From the IMG/VR virus record IMGVR_UViG_3300027798_006580: a stretch of 64,000 nucleotides of DNA; one strand, 5' to 3'. Below, in pieces: positions 47,482 through 57,430 of this stretch. This DNA is from a virus. Below the pieces are notes generated by a model. The model ran no database searches and was not told the DNA's origin. It saw only the letters and a program-made list of their open reading frames with translations. How positions within the stretch are numbered: position 1 is the first letter of the stretch; each line of letters begins with the position of its first letter. Position numbers and translations under genes: made by a program.

Positions 47482-48297
47482 ATGAGCGATACATTCACAT
47501 TACTAGATTATCCGCAACGAAGCGTATTAATATACTCTGATGGATACAGCAGGACAAAAAACATGCCATTTAGCACAACACGAAAAACGGTCTACAAGGG
47601 AGTAGACACCAAGCTGGGTTTTGATATAAAAAATCAAGATCGCAAACCTGTTAACTTACTGGGTAAAACTATCATGGTTAATGTTATGCAGGTTAGACGA
47701 GGCGAGTTAGTATTACAGCGCCGAGCACAGATCAAAGAACCTCAAAATGGTTATTGCGAGTTTAGTATATTTGGTTACGATCTAACCGATCTCGAACCCG
47801 GCATATATCAACTCAGTGCCCAACTATACGAAGATGATGGCATGGCTCGAAGTTTGTATTCTGATTTAAATAGGGCGGCCACCATGGAAATTGAATTAGT
47901 CGATGGCGCATATCCTAAATTCTTTAATAGTACATTGTTGCAATTTACACAAGACGGTAGTTCGTTTGTAAGTCAGCCTGTGGCAAGTAACTTACAGAAA
48001 AATGACAGCAGTACATTACATACTCTTCAAATCGAAACAACTAATTTTAAAGGCAGATTAACTGCTTTTGGTAGTTTAGAATACGGTAGTATGGGCAATT
48101 ACAGTCCTATTAGATTTATCGATGGACAATATTGGCTACCTCTTGATTCATCACCAACCAGCCCAACAATTGGAATAACAGGTACACATCAAACTCAGGG
48201 TTGGAACTGGCGCGGTAGTTTCCGTTGGATAAAAGTGGTATATACACCCGACACTGATAATACCGGAACAGTTGACAAAATACTTTACAGAAGTTAA
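47482..48297 (+). CDS. Putative virion structural protein (Ig-like N-terminal domain)
   Basis: Late promoter; beta-rich KNQDRKPVNL...DLEPGIYQL pattern. Confidence 0.5.
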   Translation: MSDTFTLLDYPQRSVLIYSDGYSRTKNMPFSTTRKTVYKGVDTKLGFDIKNQDRKPVNLLGKTIMVNVMQVRRGELVLQRRAQIKEPQNGYCEFSIFGYDLTDLEPGIYQLSAQLYEDDGMARSLYSDLNRAATMEIELVDGAYPKFFNSTLLQFTQDGSSFVSQPVASNLQKNDSSTLHTLQIETTNFKGRLTAFGSLEYGSMGNYSPIRFIDGQYWLPLDSSPTSPTIGITGTHQTQGWNWRGSFRWIKVVYTPDTDNTGTVDKILYRS

Positions 48298-48308
48298 AAT
48301 AGTAAGGC

Positions 48309-49280
48309 ATGTCAGCCTTACAAACATTATTACAATCACGCATACACGGAAGACCCAGTCCCAAAGGCTGGATTAGCTTTAACTGTCCAATGTGCGTAGT
48401 AAATGGACAGAGTCGTCCAGACACAAAACATCGTGGTGGTATGATGTTTAATCCAGACGGAGCAGTGAGCTATCATTGCTTTAACTGTAATTTTAAAACA
48501 AGTTGGACCACTGGCAGAACACTGAGCTTTAAGATGCGTAAATTTATGCGTCAACTAGGCTTTGATGAAGCAGAAGTACAGCGACTTAACTTAGAACTAT
48601 TAAGCCAAGCAGATGTAGAAATATTAGTACAACGTGAACCAGAGCCAACCTGGACTCCTAATTGGCCCGACTACGAGCTAGGATTTGAAGTAAGACCTTT
48701 AGATACTCCTGAGAAGATAGAATATTTAAAACACAGACAAGTATATGACTTGGCGATATGGTTGGAGACAGACACAGAATATGCTGGCTTAAACAAACGA
48801 GCTATACTACCGCTGACTTATGAAAATAGAATAGTTGGCTTTCAAAGTAGATACGTTGGAGAAATACCAGAGAAGTTTTCTAAGTATTATAAAAAAGCAC
48901 CAGCAGACTATGTGTTTGGTTTAGACAACCAACGAGATAACAGACAGTTTGTTATCGTCACAGAAGGCGAAATGGATGCGCTACTAACTAGTGGATTAAG
49001 TATTGGCAGTAATAATTTAAGTGACCATCAAGCACAACTGATTGAAGACTTAAATATAGAACCTATCGTGATTCCAGACGCAGATAAAGCAGGCAGAGAC
49101 CTAGTAGAACGTGCCGCAGATTACGGCTGGAGTGTGAGTTTTCCTGAATGGGAGAACTGTAAAGATGTCAGCGACGCAGTAATGAAATATGGACGCTTGT
49201 TTGCTATTCACAGCATACTAGAGGCCGCAGAGCACAGTCCAACAAAAATTAGATTAATGGGAAAGAGATATTGTCAATGA
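48309..49280 (+). CDS. DNA primase (gp61-like)
   Basis: CPMC...HCFNC zinc ribbon; TOPRIM EGEMDA and PDADKAG; next to the helicase. Confidence 0.85.
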   Translation: MSALQTLLQSRIHGRPSPKGWISFNCPMCVVNGQSRPDTKHRGGMMFNPDGAVSYHCFNCNFKTSWTTGRTLSFKMRKFMRQLGFDEAEVQRLNLELLSQADVEILVQREPEPTWTPNWPDYELGFEVRPLDTPEKIEYLKHRQVYDLAIWLETDTEYAGLNKRAILPLTYENRIVGFQSRYVGEIPEKFSKYYKKAPADYVFGLDNQRDNRQFVIVTEGEMDALLTSGLSIGSNNLSDHQAQLIEDLNIEPIVIPDADKAGRDLVERAADYGWSVSFPEWENCKDVSDAVMKYGRLFAIHSILEAAEHSPTKIRLMGKRYCQ

Positions 49281-50767
49281 GTAATGAAGTAAAAGAATAT
49301 AGTACGGACTTGCAAAAGTTATTTTTAGAATTTCTGGTAAGTGACAAGGAGTTGCTGAGTCGTTGCCAAAACGTTTTAGAAGGTAGTTACTTTTCTAGAA
49401 GTTTGCAGACAACAGCAGAGTTCATTAAAGAATATGCGGGCAAGTACAGTGACTGCCCTACAATAGAACAGATCAAAGCAGTAACAGACACAGATCTTAG
49501 AATTATTCCTGGAGAAGCAGCCAGCCATAAGGAATGGTTCTTAACAGAGTTCGAACAGTTTGCCCGCCATAAAGCATTAGAGAAAGCAATTCTAGCCAGT
49601 GCAGATTTGTTGGACAAGCAACGCTACGGGGAAGTAGAAAAGTTAATCAAAGACGCCAGTAGTATAGGTTTGCCAAAGAGTTTTGGCACAGACTACTTTG
49701 CTGATCCTAAAGGTCGACTAGAAGCATTGAGAAGAAACAACGGTCAAATTAGCACAGGCTGGAAAACCATTGATTATAAATTATTTGGCGGATTTAATAG
49801 AGGTGAACTTAATATTTTTGCAGGTGGTTCTGGCGCAGGTAAGAGTTTATTCTTACAGAATCTAGCATTGAATTGGAGTTTACAAGGACTCAACGGTGTT
49901 TACTTTAGTCTAGAACTAAGTGAGGGATTAAGCAGTCAGCGTATGGATGCCATGCTTATGGGCATAGGTACTGCTGATATTTTTAAAGACTTGGATAACG
50001 TTGACTTGAAAATTAGGACGATGGGTAAGAAAGCAGGTAAGTTGCAAATGGTACAACTCACTGCGGGCGTTACAGTAAATGATTTAAAATCATGGTTGAA
50101 AGAATTTCAGATTCAACTTAATAAAAAAGTTGATTATGTTATTGTTGATTATTTAGATTTGATGTCTCCTGTGTCTGTAAAGATATCAGCAGAGAACACG
50201 TTTATTAAAGACAAATACGTTTCGGAAGAACTTAGAGCAATGGCAGTACAAGACAAATACTTGTTCTGTACAGCAAGTCAATTGAATCGTGGAGCTGTGG
50301 AAAGTGTTGAATTTGACCACAGTCATATCAGCGGTGGATTGAGTAAGATTCAAACAGCAGACAATGTGATTGGTATCTTTAACAGTATTACCATGCGTGA
50401 GCGTGGCAGGGTGCAGTTACAGTTTATGAAGACACGTAGTAGTAGTGCAGTAGGCAGTAAGATCGAATTAGAATTTAATACAACTAGTTTACGTATCACT
50501 GACTTAGATGAAGACAGTCCAGAAGCACCCACTACAGCAGATGTGTTACATGATAAACTTCGTCGACAGGCCCGGACAACAGAATCTACTAGTACTTCCG
50601 CAGGATCGACTAAATGGGAAAAGCCAACTGGAACTCATGCATGGGATTATCAAGCCGGCGGAAAAGAATTAAAACCAGGAATTGAACCTACAAATTCAGA
50701 GCCATCTATTTCTATGAGAACAATGGACAGTAACAACAGACTTAATAATCTTCTAAAGAAGAGTTGA
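49271..50767 (+). CDS. Replicative DnaB-like helicase (gp41-like)
   Basis: STGW, GGSGAGKS, SLELSE, IVDYLDLM, TASQLNR, MKTR. Confidence 0.92.
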   Translation: MSMSNEVKEYSTDLQKLFLEFLVSDKELLSRCQNVLEGSYFSRSLQTTAEFIKEYAGKYSDCPTIEQIKAVTDTDLRIIPGEAASHKEWFLTEFEQFARHKALEKAILASADLLDKQRYGEVEKLIKDASSIGLPKSFGTDYFADPKGRLEALRRNNGQISTGWKTIDYKLFGGFNRGELNIFAGGSGAGKSLFLQNLALNWSLQGLNGVYFSLELSEGLSSQRMDAMLMGIGTADIFKDLDNVDLKIRTMGKKAGKLQMVQLTAGVTVNDLKSWLKEFQIQLNKKVDYVIVDYLDLMSPVSVKISAENTFIKDKYVSEELRAMAVQDKYLFCTASQLNRGAVESVEFDHSHISGGLSKIQTADNVIGIFNSITMRERGRVQLQFMKTRSSSAVGSKIELEFNTTSLRITDLDEDSPEAPTTADVLHDKLRRQARTTESTSTSAGSTKWEKPTGTHAWDYQAGGKELKPGIEPTNSEPSISMRTMDSNNRLNNLLKKS

Positions 50768-51229
50768 TTACTTTAAATCACGAAGAGGTTCTGGTGGCTG
50801 TGTCGGCTCAGCAGTTGTAGGTGCACCGACTTCTGCGTCCGGTTCGCTAGCGGGTTGTTCTTGAGCAGCAGACTCAGAGTCCTTATTCAAGTCCGTTTTC
50901 AGTCTTTGGAATAAGCTGTTATCTTCTGCAACATATGCCAGCACAGTTTCTAATAAATCCATGAGAGCAGTCATTTGATTTAGACTTGGTCTACGATTCA
51001 TGTACATTGAACGGACGCCAGCTTTTAGATCGTTGTAGTGATCTTCGCTTACTGCATCTTTGATAGATGCCAAACGACTCATTGTGCGTGTAAAAGAACT
51101 GCTGTCGATTTCTTTTCCGCTGTGTTCCATGCCTGGATCTATTTCGTTTAACTCTGCTTGTTCTTCGATGGCTCGTAGTTTATTTAGAACTGTGCCCATA
51201 TTAAAATTTGTACTCGACATCATAGTCAT
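50768..51229 (-). CDS. Hypothetical late protein
   Basis: GATAAATA on the minus strand and GGAG RBS; IEE/LNE sites near the N-terminus. Confidence 0.65.
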   Translation of the reverse strand: MTMMSSTNFNMGTVLNKLRAIEEQAELNEIDPGMEHSGKEIDSSSFTRTMSRLASIKDAVSEDHYNDLKAGVRSMYMNRRPSLNQMTALMDLLETVLAYVAEDNSLFQRLKTDLNKDSESAAQEQPASEPDAEVGAPTTAEPTQPPEPLRDLK

Positions 51230-51298
51230 AATAGTGCTCCACTGTTAAAGTTATTTATCAGTTTGTTGGATAAATACTTTCAAGGATGGACTATAATA

Positions 51299-51559
51299 GT
51301 GCGTAAACATACACGATCTTTACTTGAAGAAATTACAAATATTGTACCGCAAAGAGACAGAGAAAGTTTTGTGGAAAACAAGGCCGTAAATGTCATCGCG
51401 AGTACTCGGTATCTTGTTGAATATATACAAGAAAACTTTAACCAAGAGCAAAGTGAAGATTTATTAAAACGTTTATTCAACAGCTTAAAAACTGGCGATG
51501 AAATGAAATTTCGCAGAGGAATTAAACAAATTAAAGAAGCAAATAATGGAAGAATTTGA
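51299..51559 (+). CDS. Hypothetical protein
   Basis: Likely GTG start 51299 after a GGATAAATA promoter. Confidence 0.6.
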   Translation: MRKHTRSLLEEITNIVPQRDRESFVENKAVNVIASTRYLVEYIQENFNQEQSEDLLKRLFNSLKTGDEMKFRRGIKQIKEANNGRI

Positions 51560-52316
51560 ACATTTATCGGGCTGGGATCTACTAGTGGAAAGTAGACAGT
51601 ATCGCTCAAACACAACAGGTCTTAATTTAAGAAATGTCAGCGATTTTGCTTTTTTAGATTTAATTTCATTATTCATACTTCAAAATGAATACGAAACTGC
51701 ACCAGTATCAAAGAACTATGCAGATAAAACCATAGGATATAGAAACTTTTTACGTCCCAGACTCGCTGGAACAGACTTATATACCAGTTTGAATATACTG
51801 TCGAATCCGGACAGTGTTTTCAGCAAAAAGATACGTCAAAATCCAGAAGCTGATGCTTTGCTTAGGTCAAAGCTAAAGGTACATACTCCCACTGTGAAAC
51901 GTTATTTAGATTTATTAGCAGATGGAAATTTAAGAAAAGAAGATGCCGCAGTGCTACTATTGCGTTTAGAAAAACAATTAAACATAACAGATAGTAAATT
52001 AAAAAGTATTCGTAGATTGGCACAGGACTGGCCAGCCATCAATGACATGCAACGAGAATTAGTAGTTACACGTATGCTACAATATTATCGTAAGTTTGCG
52101 AAACGCAGTGAAATGGCAGTGTTCCTAGAAGACTTGGGTAAAACCAAAGGCTACAAGTTAAATGCTCCAGTAGATGCAGAACTTGCCAATCTGGGCTATG
52201 GACAAAAACCGGAGCCTGGTAAAAAAGGATGGCTGGCAACCCTGGCCCCAGCGGCTGGTTTAATAGCAGGATACAAGTTAGGCTATGCACTAACTGGCCC
52301 AAAAAACAAACAGTAG
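51546..52316 (+). CDS. Hypothetical protein with C-terminal hydrophobic helix
   Basis: 256 aa; ends APAAGLIAGYKLGYALT. Confidence 0.65.
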   Translation: MEEFEHLSGWDLLVESRQYRSNTTGLNLRNVSDFAFLDLISLFILQNEYETAPVSKNYADKTIGYRNFLRPRLAGTDLYTSLNILSNPDSVFSKKIRQNPEADALLRSKLKVHTPTVKRYLDLLADGNLRKEDAAVLLLRLEKQLNITDSKLKSIRRLAQDWPAINDMQRELVVTRMLQYYRKFAKRSEMAVFLEDLGKTKGYKLNAPVDAELANLGYGQKPEPGKKGWLATLAPAAGLIAGYKLGYALTGPKNKQ

Positions 52317-52396
52317 ATAGTATAATATCTTAAAAAGAAGATAAATAAACTTAAGAAAACAAAGTTTTCGAAGAAACAAATTAGGAGAATTTTATT

Positions 52397-52633
52397 ATGG
52401 CAAATGCAGCCCCATTTACAGCGATCGGTCGCGACGTATTCATCAAGTCTTTTGCTAAGACAAACATTACACAATCAGAGTTAGATGCTTTGGTACAGAC
52501 AGTTCAGTTGACAAGTACAATCACAGCTATCGGTGCTTTCACAGCCGGTACAAGTGATGTTGTTAACATGATCATCGAAGGTGCAGACGTTTCAGCGGCT
52601 ACTGGTTACACAGTCGCTAACGTAGCATTCTAA
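52397..52633 (+). CDS. Small putative virion protein (decoration-like)
   Basis: Own late promoter, AGGAG RBS and terminator; Ala/Thr/Val-rich. Confidence 0.55.
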   Translation: MANAAPFTAIGRDVFIKSFAKTNITQSELDALVQTVQLTSTITAIGAFTAGTSDVVNMIIEGADVSAATGYTVANVAF

Positions 52634-52663
52634 ATCTTAATAATTAACTTTATTCGGGATGGG

Positions 52664-52692
52664 AAGCCGCAGTTTACTGCGGTTTTCTTTTG
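52664..52692 (+). terminator. Rho-independent terminator
   Basis: AAGCCGCAG-ttta-CTGCGGTTT followed by TCTTTT. Confidence 0.8.
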
Positions 52693-52732
52693 ACTGAAAT
52701 AAAAGGTTAAATACGTTAACAGGAGAATTAAC

Positions 52733-53179
52733 ATGGCACAGAGCACAAACAGAACAGGCGAAGTTGTTGGTGGCAACATTGAATTTTTTAGTTGCTACAC
52801 ATTGGTAGATATTACAGATACAGGGGTATATGATCCTAATGCTGGCAACTCATATGAACAAGCACAGAATTTAAATTCTTTACTACAAGCAATCAGTTTA
52901 GGTAGTCAACCTATATTATCCAGCGTGGAAAAAATTACAGCGGCAGATGTCACTGACTATGATTTTGGCACAGATTTTACAGGCAATCACAATATGTGGG
53001 TATTACGATTCGCCAGTGAACGAATCGGAGCCATATCAGTGTCATCTTTAGTTAGAGATATTGATGGCTTACCAGTATACGATGACTTAGATGAAACAGC
53101 TACGTTTGATAATAATGTATTTGAAACCGGCGCCGCCGATCAACTTAATATATACTTTATCCGTAACGATAACTTATAA
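52733..53179 (+). CDS. Hypothetical late protein
   Basis: TTAAATA promoter, AGGAG RBS; YTLVDIT.TG motif. Confidence 0.65.
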   Translation: MAQSTNRTGEVVGGNIEFFSCYTLVDITDTGVYDPNAGNSYEQAQNLNSLLQAISLGSQPILSSVEKITAADVTDYDFGTDFTGNHNMWVLRFASERIGAISVSSLVRDIDGLPVYDDLDETATFDNNVFETGAADQLNIYFIRNDNL

Positions 53180-53275
53180 TTTAGATAAATACATTACATA
53201 ATTAGGCACCAGTCCATTGGCACAAACTTAGGCATTTGAGATAAGAAGAACACATTTTATAAGGAGTTCGTGTTA

Positions 53276-53581
53276 ATGGCAACCACAATAGAGAGACTAG
53301 GAATAGTCGAAACTAAGGTCGAGAATCTCAATGAGAAACTTGACGAGTTAAAAGTAGACGTAAAAGACCTGCACAATTGTCTAGATAAAACTAGAGATAC
53401 CATCGAAGAAAAATTAGAAGAGATGTATCAATCTAGTTGTGCCCAACATGCCGAAATGTCTAAAAAGATTTCTGCCATGGAACGGTTCAAAGACAAATGG
53501 ATGTATACATTTGGTGGCGGCATGATAGTGGTAAGTTGGGCCAGCGCACATGCAGATAGTATTATATCAATATTAAAATGA
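53276..53581 (+). CDS. Coiled-coil protein with C-terminal hydrophobic segment (possibly holin/XhlA-like)
   Basis: Heptad pattern then KWMYTFGGGMIVVSWA; AAGGAG RBS. Confidence 0.45.
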   Translation: MATTIERLGIVETKVENLNEKLDELKVDVKDLHNCLDKTRDTIEEKLEEMYQSSCAQHAEMSKKISAMERFKDKWMYTFGGGMIVVSWASAHADSIISILK

Positions 53582-53883
53582 TGGAATTTGAAGTCATAGT
53601 CGAAGACACAGAAGAGACTTTAACAGAGGCTAAACGTGTTTGGGCCAAGCGTGGTAAGAAATTAAAACGTATGATTCGTTGCACCAGCGGCAAGAAAAAA
53701 GGCAGAACAGTTGCCAACGTCAGTGCTTGTAGTAAAGCGATAAATATGAAGAAGAGATTTATGATGAGGCGAATTAGAAAACGCTTCAATGCTAAAATCG
53801 TTAGAAAATCAAAGAGAACAAAAGCATTTAATCCTTTGAGTAAACGATTGAAGACAATGAATAAATCAACAAACGCAAGGTAA
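53578..53883 (+). CDS. Highly basic prohead-core-like protein
   Basis: Acidic leader ending LTE followed by a Lys/Arg-rich body, as in T4-type core proteins. Confidence 0.5.
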   Translation: MMEFEVIVEDTEETLTEAKRVWAKRGKKLKRMIRCTSGKKKGRTVANVSACSKAINMKKRFMMRRIRKRFNAKIVRKSKRTKAFNPLSKRLKTMNKSTNAR

Positions 53884-53890
53884 CAAATAT

Positions 53891-54316
53891 ATGGCAGATG
53901 ATCGAAGTTTAACAGATATAATAAGATTCACAGATCCCAGCGGGGAAATCAGTGATTCTGAAATTGCCGGAATTTCTAATTCACTTAAATTTTCAGAAGT
54001 ATTGGATTTAATATCATCTGTGAGTAAAGATAACATGGATTCTGCTAGAAACATTTTAAGTAAGCACGATCCTCGATTCAGTGTTGCCACAGAATATGCT
54101 GGCGCACAAGGTGCCCAGACCAGCGGATTTAAACCAATCAAGCCTCAGGGCACAGTAGGTGCATTACCTGGCACAGCAAATAAACCAGTCAATCCCAACG
54201 GACCACAAGACAGCGACCAAGGTGATTTAGAAGCCATGGTCACAGACCCAATGAACAAGAATAAACCAGAAGTAAAACAGATTCAAAGTTTACTTCAAAG
54301 GCTACAGAACAGATGA
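53891..54316 (+). CDS. Hypothetical protein
   Basis: 141-aa ORF in late cluster. Confidence 0.6.
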   Translation: MADDRSLTDIIRFTDPSGEISDSEIAGISNSLKFSEVLDLISSVSKDNMDSARNILSKHDPRFSVATEYAGAQGAQTSGFKPIKPQGTVGALPGTANKPVNPNGPQDSDQGDLEAMVTDPMNKNKPEVKQIQSLLQRLQNR

Positions 54317-54705
54317 GAATAAAAGATATTGTTTCCGAATCATATAAAGGATATGGTGGCGGCCATATGAAAGATTTTGGTACAGTAAAACGTGGTATAG
54401 ATCAATCTATACCCAATGCTAGAATTGAACCAGAAGTTCGGAATACAGATACGTACATGCAACTGCGCTATGGTATTGCATTGGCCGCGGCCGCTTCCCA
54501 CAGTGCTGACGACTTTGAACAAGAAAGCGCCTGGGCAGAAAACTTGGGTATGGTCGGTTACAGTGATGCTGATGTAGAAATAATGGATGCCGCCGATAAG
54601 CTAATGGGTGTCAAAAGTATTAAGTTAAGTGGAAAAAGTAAAGAACGCGATGACACTGGAACTACAAGTGCTGTAGCCAGTGGATGGAAGAAGTTTGCAA
54701 AATGA
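54313..54705 (+). CDS. Hypothetical putative head protein
   Basis: Starts MRIKDIVSE. Confidence 0.6.
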   Translation: MRIKDIVSESYKGYGGGHMKDFGTVKRGIDQSIPNARIEPEVRNTDTYMQLRYGIALAAAASHSADDFEQESAWAENLGMVGYSDADVEIMDAADKLMGVKSIKLSGKSKERDDTGTTSAVASGWKKFAK

Positions 54706-54917
54706 AAATAGTTGAACTAGCATCCGGCATCAAAACAATGATTACCAACGAGCAACAAGAACTCGTTAAAGAAATTAAGGAATCTACTCAAATTTCAAGA
54801 GAAGATTTAGATGAACGAAAGCAAAAACTAGCAGAACAAATGACTAGTCTTGGATTATTAGATAGAATATACGATGAAGAAAAACAAGCAATTATCTACA
54901 AACTATTCAGTAGATAA
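54702..54917 (+). CDS. Small hypothetical protein
   Basis: ATGA-coupled start, MKIVEL. Confidence 0.6.
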   Translation: MKIVELASGIKTMITNEQQELVKEIKESTQISREDLDERKQKLAEQMTSLGLLDRIYDEEKQAIIYKLFSR

Positions 54918-55365
54918 AAAAGGCGCAGATAGACTATCGTCTAAAGTGGCAGCAATGCTGGATGATGCTATACCTAAAAATATATTAGGTATGATGGTCA
55001 CTATGAAAGAACAGGAACGCAGTCTAGTGTTCTATGACAGATTCAGTTTGAATGTACATAAAAAGAACGACTATTCTATCATTGACTTATATACCAAAGA
55101 AGCAGTCTACGACAATATTGCGCTGTTTTCCAGTGCATTGCATATCATATTTTTCTTACACAAAGGGGTACATAGATCTGCCCCACAAGAAGATGTCATA
55201 TACGAACTAGATCAAGAATACTTTCGATGTTTAGAAAACATCAAATTTTACAGACATAAGATGAACTCGGTTAACTCTGAATTAATCCCACTTTTTGCAG
55301 ACAGATTAACTGATGCCAAGGTGAGATTAGAAGAAACAAAAACCAAATTATCTAAAACATATTGA
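54874..55365 (+). CDS. Hypothetical protein
   Basis: 163-aa ORF. Confidence 0.6.
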   Translation: MKKNKQLSTNYSVDKKGADRLSSKVAAMLDDAIPKNILGMMVTMKEQERSLVFYDRFSLNVHKKNDYSIIDLYTKEAVYDNIALFSSALHIIFFLHKGVHRSAPQEDVIYELDQEYFRCLENIKFYRHKMNSVNSELIPLFADRLTDAKVRLEETKTKLSKTY

Positions 55366-55389
55366 TAAATAATCTAAAGGATACCTATT

Positions 55390-56070
55390 ATGAATACCTC
55401 TGAAATTTTTAACCCTACACAACGCAAACAGCGTGTGGTAGAAAACTTCTTGAATAGCCACTATGGCTTGAAATTGGCTGCTCACGGCGATTCAGTCAAA
55501 GTACAGTCACTGATCAGTAAATTGGTTCAGGAAAATCACCAATTTGCCAGTGCAAAAGTTGGCTTTCAAAACGATGCTACTTATGTTAAGAACACTATGA
55601 TCATCGAAGCATTACGTCACATTCTTAAAGAGATTGGTCCAATGCGCTCTACTCGTAGAATGAACGAACAAAGCGGTGAAGATTTAGCTCAAGCTGAATT
55701 GATCCTTGTTGCTCAGAACATGGTCGATGATCTGCAAAAGATGGCAGAAGATGTTGCTCAAATGCAAACAGACGAACTAATGCCATTAGAAGAAAAAATG
55801 AAAACAACATTTGGTCAAGAGCAAGGTACTGCGTTTGGCCAAGCCGCTGATCAATCATTCGGCACATTGTTGGATGCAGTCAAGGCTGCTAAAGACGCTT
55901 TAAGTAATGCAGTTGCAGTTCTTAAAGGTGAAAGCCCAATGGGCGGCATGGGCAATGACCTAAGCGCAGGCATGCCAGCTCCTGCATTGGAACCAACAGG
56001 CGATGAGTTTGGTATGGCCGATGCGGCAAGCGGTGAAGAAGAATTGCCAACTGGGCGCGAGTTGAAGTAA
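55390..56070 (+). CDS. Putative scaffold/core-like helical protein
   Basis: GATAAATA promoter; acidic coiled-coil; LKE/MNE sites. Confidence 0.5.
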   Translation: MNTSEIFNPTQRKQRVVENFLNSHYGLKLAAHGDSVKVQSLISKLVQENHQFASAKVGFQNDATYVKNTMIIEALRHILKEIGPMRSTRRMNEQSGEDLAQAELILVAQNMVDDLQKMAEDVAQMQTDELMPLEEKMKTTFGQEQGTAFGQAADQSFGTLLDAVKAAKDALSNAVAVLKGESPMGGMGNDLSAGMPAPALEPTGDEFGMADAASGEEELPTGRELK

Positions 56071-56396
56071 TGCGCTTATACGAATTTGTCGACAGCGACG
56101 AACAAGTTTTAGGAATTATCAAGCCTTTGCTGTTACGAGCAAAGGCCGAAGGTGCGGCTGCTATTCCTACTAATCAATTAATTAATGATTTAAATGATTC
56201 CAGCATAACACCTGAACTATTAGTTCACATTCTTAACAAGCATAGAAAAGATTTAAACGATATTATTACAACAGCTACATATGATTCGATTGTGTTAAAC
56301 AACAATGAAATTAAATCGATGACCAGCAATTATGATAAAGATGTTAATAAGATGAAAAGCACGGCACTGAAACAAGCAATGGATAAATTAAAATGA
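56070..56396 (+). CDS. Hypothetical protein
   Basis: Starts MRLYEF; coupled. Confidence 0.6.
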   Translation: MRLYEFVDSDEQVLGIIKPLLLRAKAEGAAAIPTNQLINDLNDSSITPELLVHILNKHRKDLNDIITTATYDSIVLNNNEIKSMTSNYDKDVNKMKSTALKQAMDKLK

Positions 56397-56713
56397 TAGC
56401 ATCTATTATGTTAACTGCCACCCAAGCTAGAAGTAAAGCTCAAAATGATTTGGTTATTTTCAATGAAGTCAGAGCCATTGAATTAGCCATTTTAACTGCC
56501 AGTGCCGCTGGCAGCTATGATATAACATTAAGTACTACCACTATGTCAACTAGTGTAATATACGCAAATGTCTGGAAGGGTGTAATATCCGACAGAGCAA
56601 AAGAAATCCAAATGTCGAGTATAATTAAGTATTTTACTGATTTGGGTTATAATGTTGAACGCAGATCTAATACAGTTACTGGCACAACATTCGATTGGCA
56701 AATTTACTGGTAA
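56393..56713 (+). CDS. Hypothetical protein
   Basis: LTATQARSKA...LGY...WQIYW. Confidence 0.6.
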   Translation: MIASIMLTATQARSKAQNDLVIFNEVRAIELAILTASAAGSYDITLSTTTMSTSVIYANVWKGVISDRAKEIQMSSIIKYFTDLGYNVERRSNTVTGTTFDWQIYW

Positions 56714-56751
56714 TATATAACTAGACTATACACTGGAATCAGTGTATAATA

Positions 56752-57423
56752 GTGTATATGCTATTAAATCCAATCTACGAATACAAAAAACTCTCCCGTG
56801 ACGAATCCACAGGCAAGCGACTTTATGCTTGCCCTGATGGAACAAAAGTTCCCAGCGTCACAACAGTACTAGACTCGACTAAAGATAAAACATTCTTACT
56901 TGAATGGAGAAAACGTGTTGGTGATGCCGAAGCTACTCGTATCAGTACAGAGTCTGCAGGTCTGGGCACACTGATGCATACTCATTTAGAATATTATGTA
57001 TTAGGCAAAGAACGTCCACAGGGCAACAATCAAGTTCAGATACTGGCTCGTGACATGGCTGATACTATGATTAATCAAGCGTTCTGTGACATCGATGAAG
57101 TATGGGGCATTGAAGCCGCATTATACTATCCAGGCCTATATGCAGGCACTAGTGATATGATTGGAGTACACAAAGGTACACCTGCGATCATCGATCATAA
57201 AACAACTAAGAAGACTAAGAAGAAAGAATGGATTGAAGATTACTTTTTACAATGCTGTGCCTACGCACTGGCCCATAATGAAGTACATGGTACTGATATT
57301 AAAAAATGTGTGATTAATATCATTGACCGAGATGCTAAACTACAACCCTTTATTATAGAAGGCAATGAGTTTGATCATTACAGTGATCTCTGGGCACAGC
57401 GTCTTGATCAATATTATAAATAA
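56752..57423 (+). CDS. PD-(D/E)xK exonuclease (Cas4/RecB-like)
   Basis: PSVTTVL, GTLMH..LE, E..L....YAGTSD, IIDHKT, YFLQ..AYA; likely ATG 56758. Confidence 0.85.
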   Translation: MYMLLNPIYEYKKLSRDESTGKRLYACPDGTKVPSVTTVLDSTKDKTFLLEWRKRVGDAEATRISTESAGLGTLMHTHLEYYVLGKERPQGNNQVQILARDMADTMINQAFCDIDEVWGIEAALYYPGLYAGTSDMIGVHKGTPAIIDHKTTKKTKKKEWIEDYFLQCCAYALAHNEVHGTDIKKCVINIIDRDAKLQPFIIEGNEFDHYSDLWAQRLDQYYK

Positions 57424-57430
57424 GCATCTA

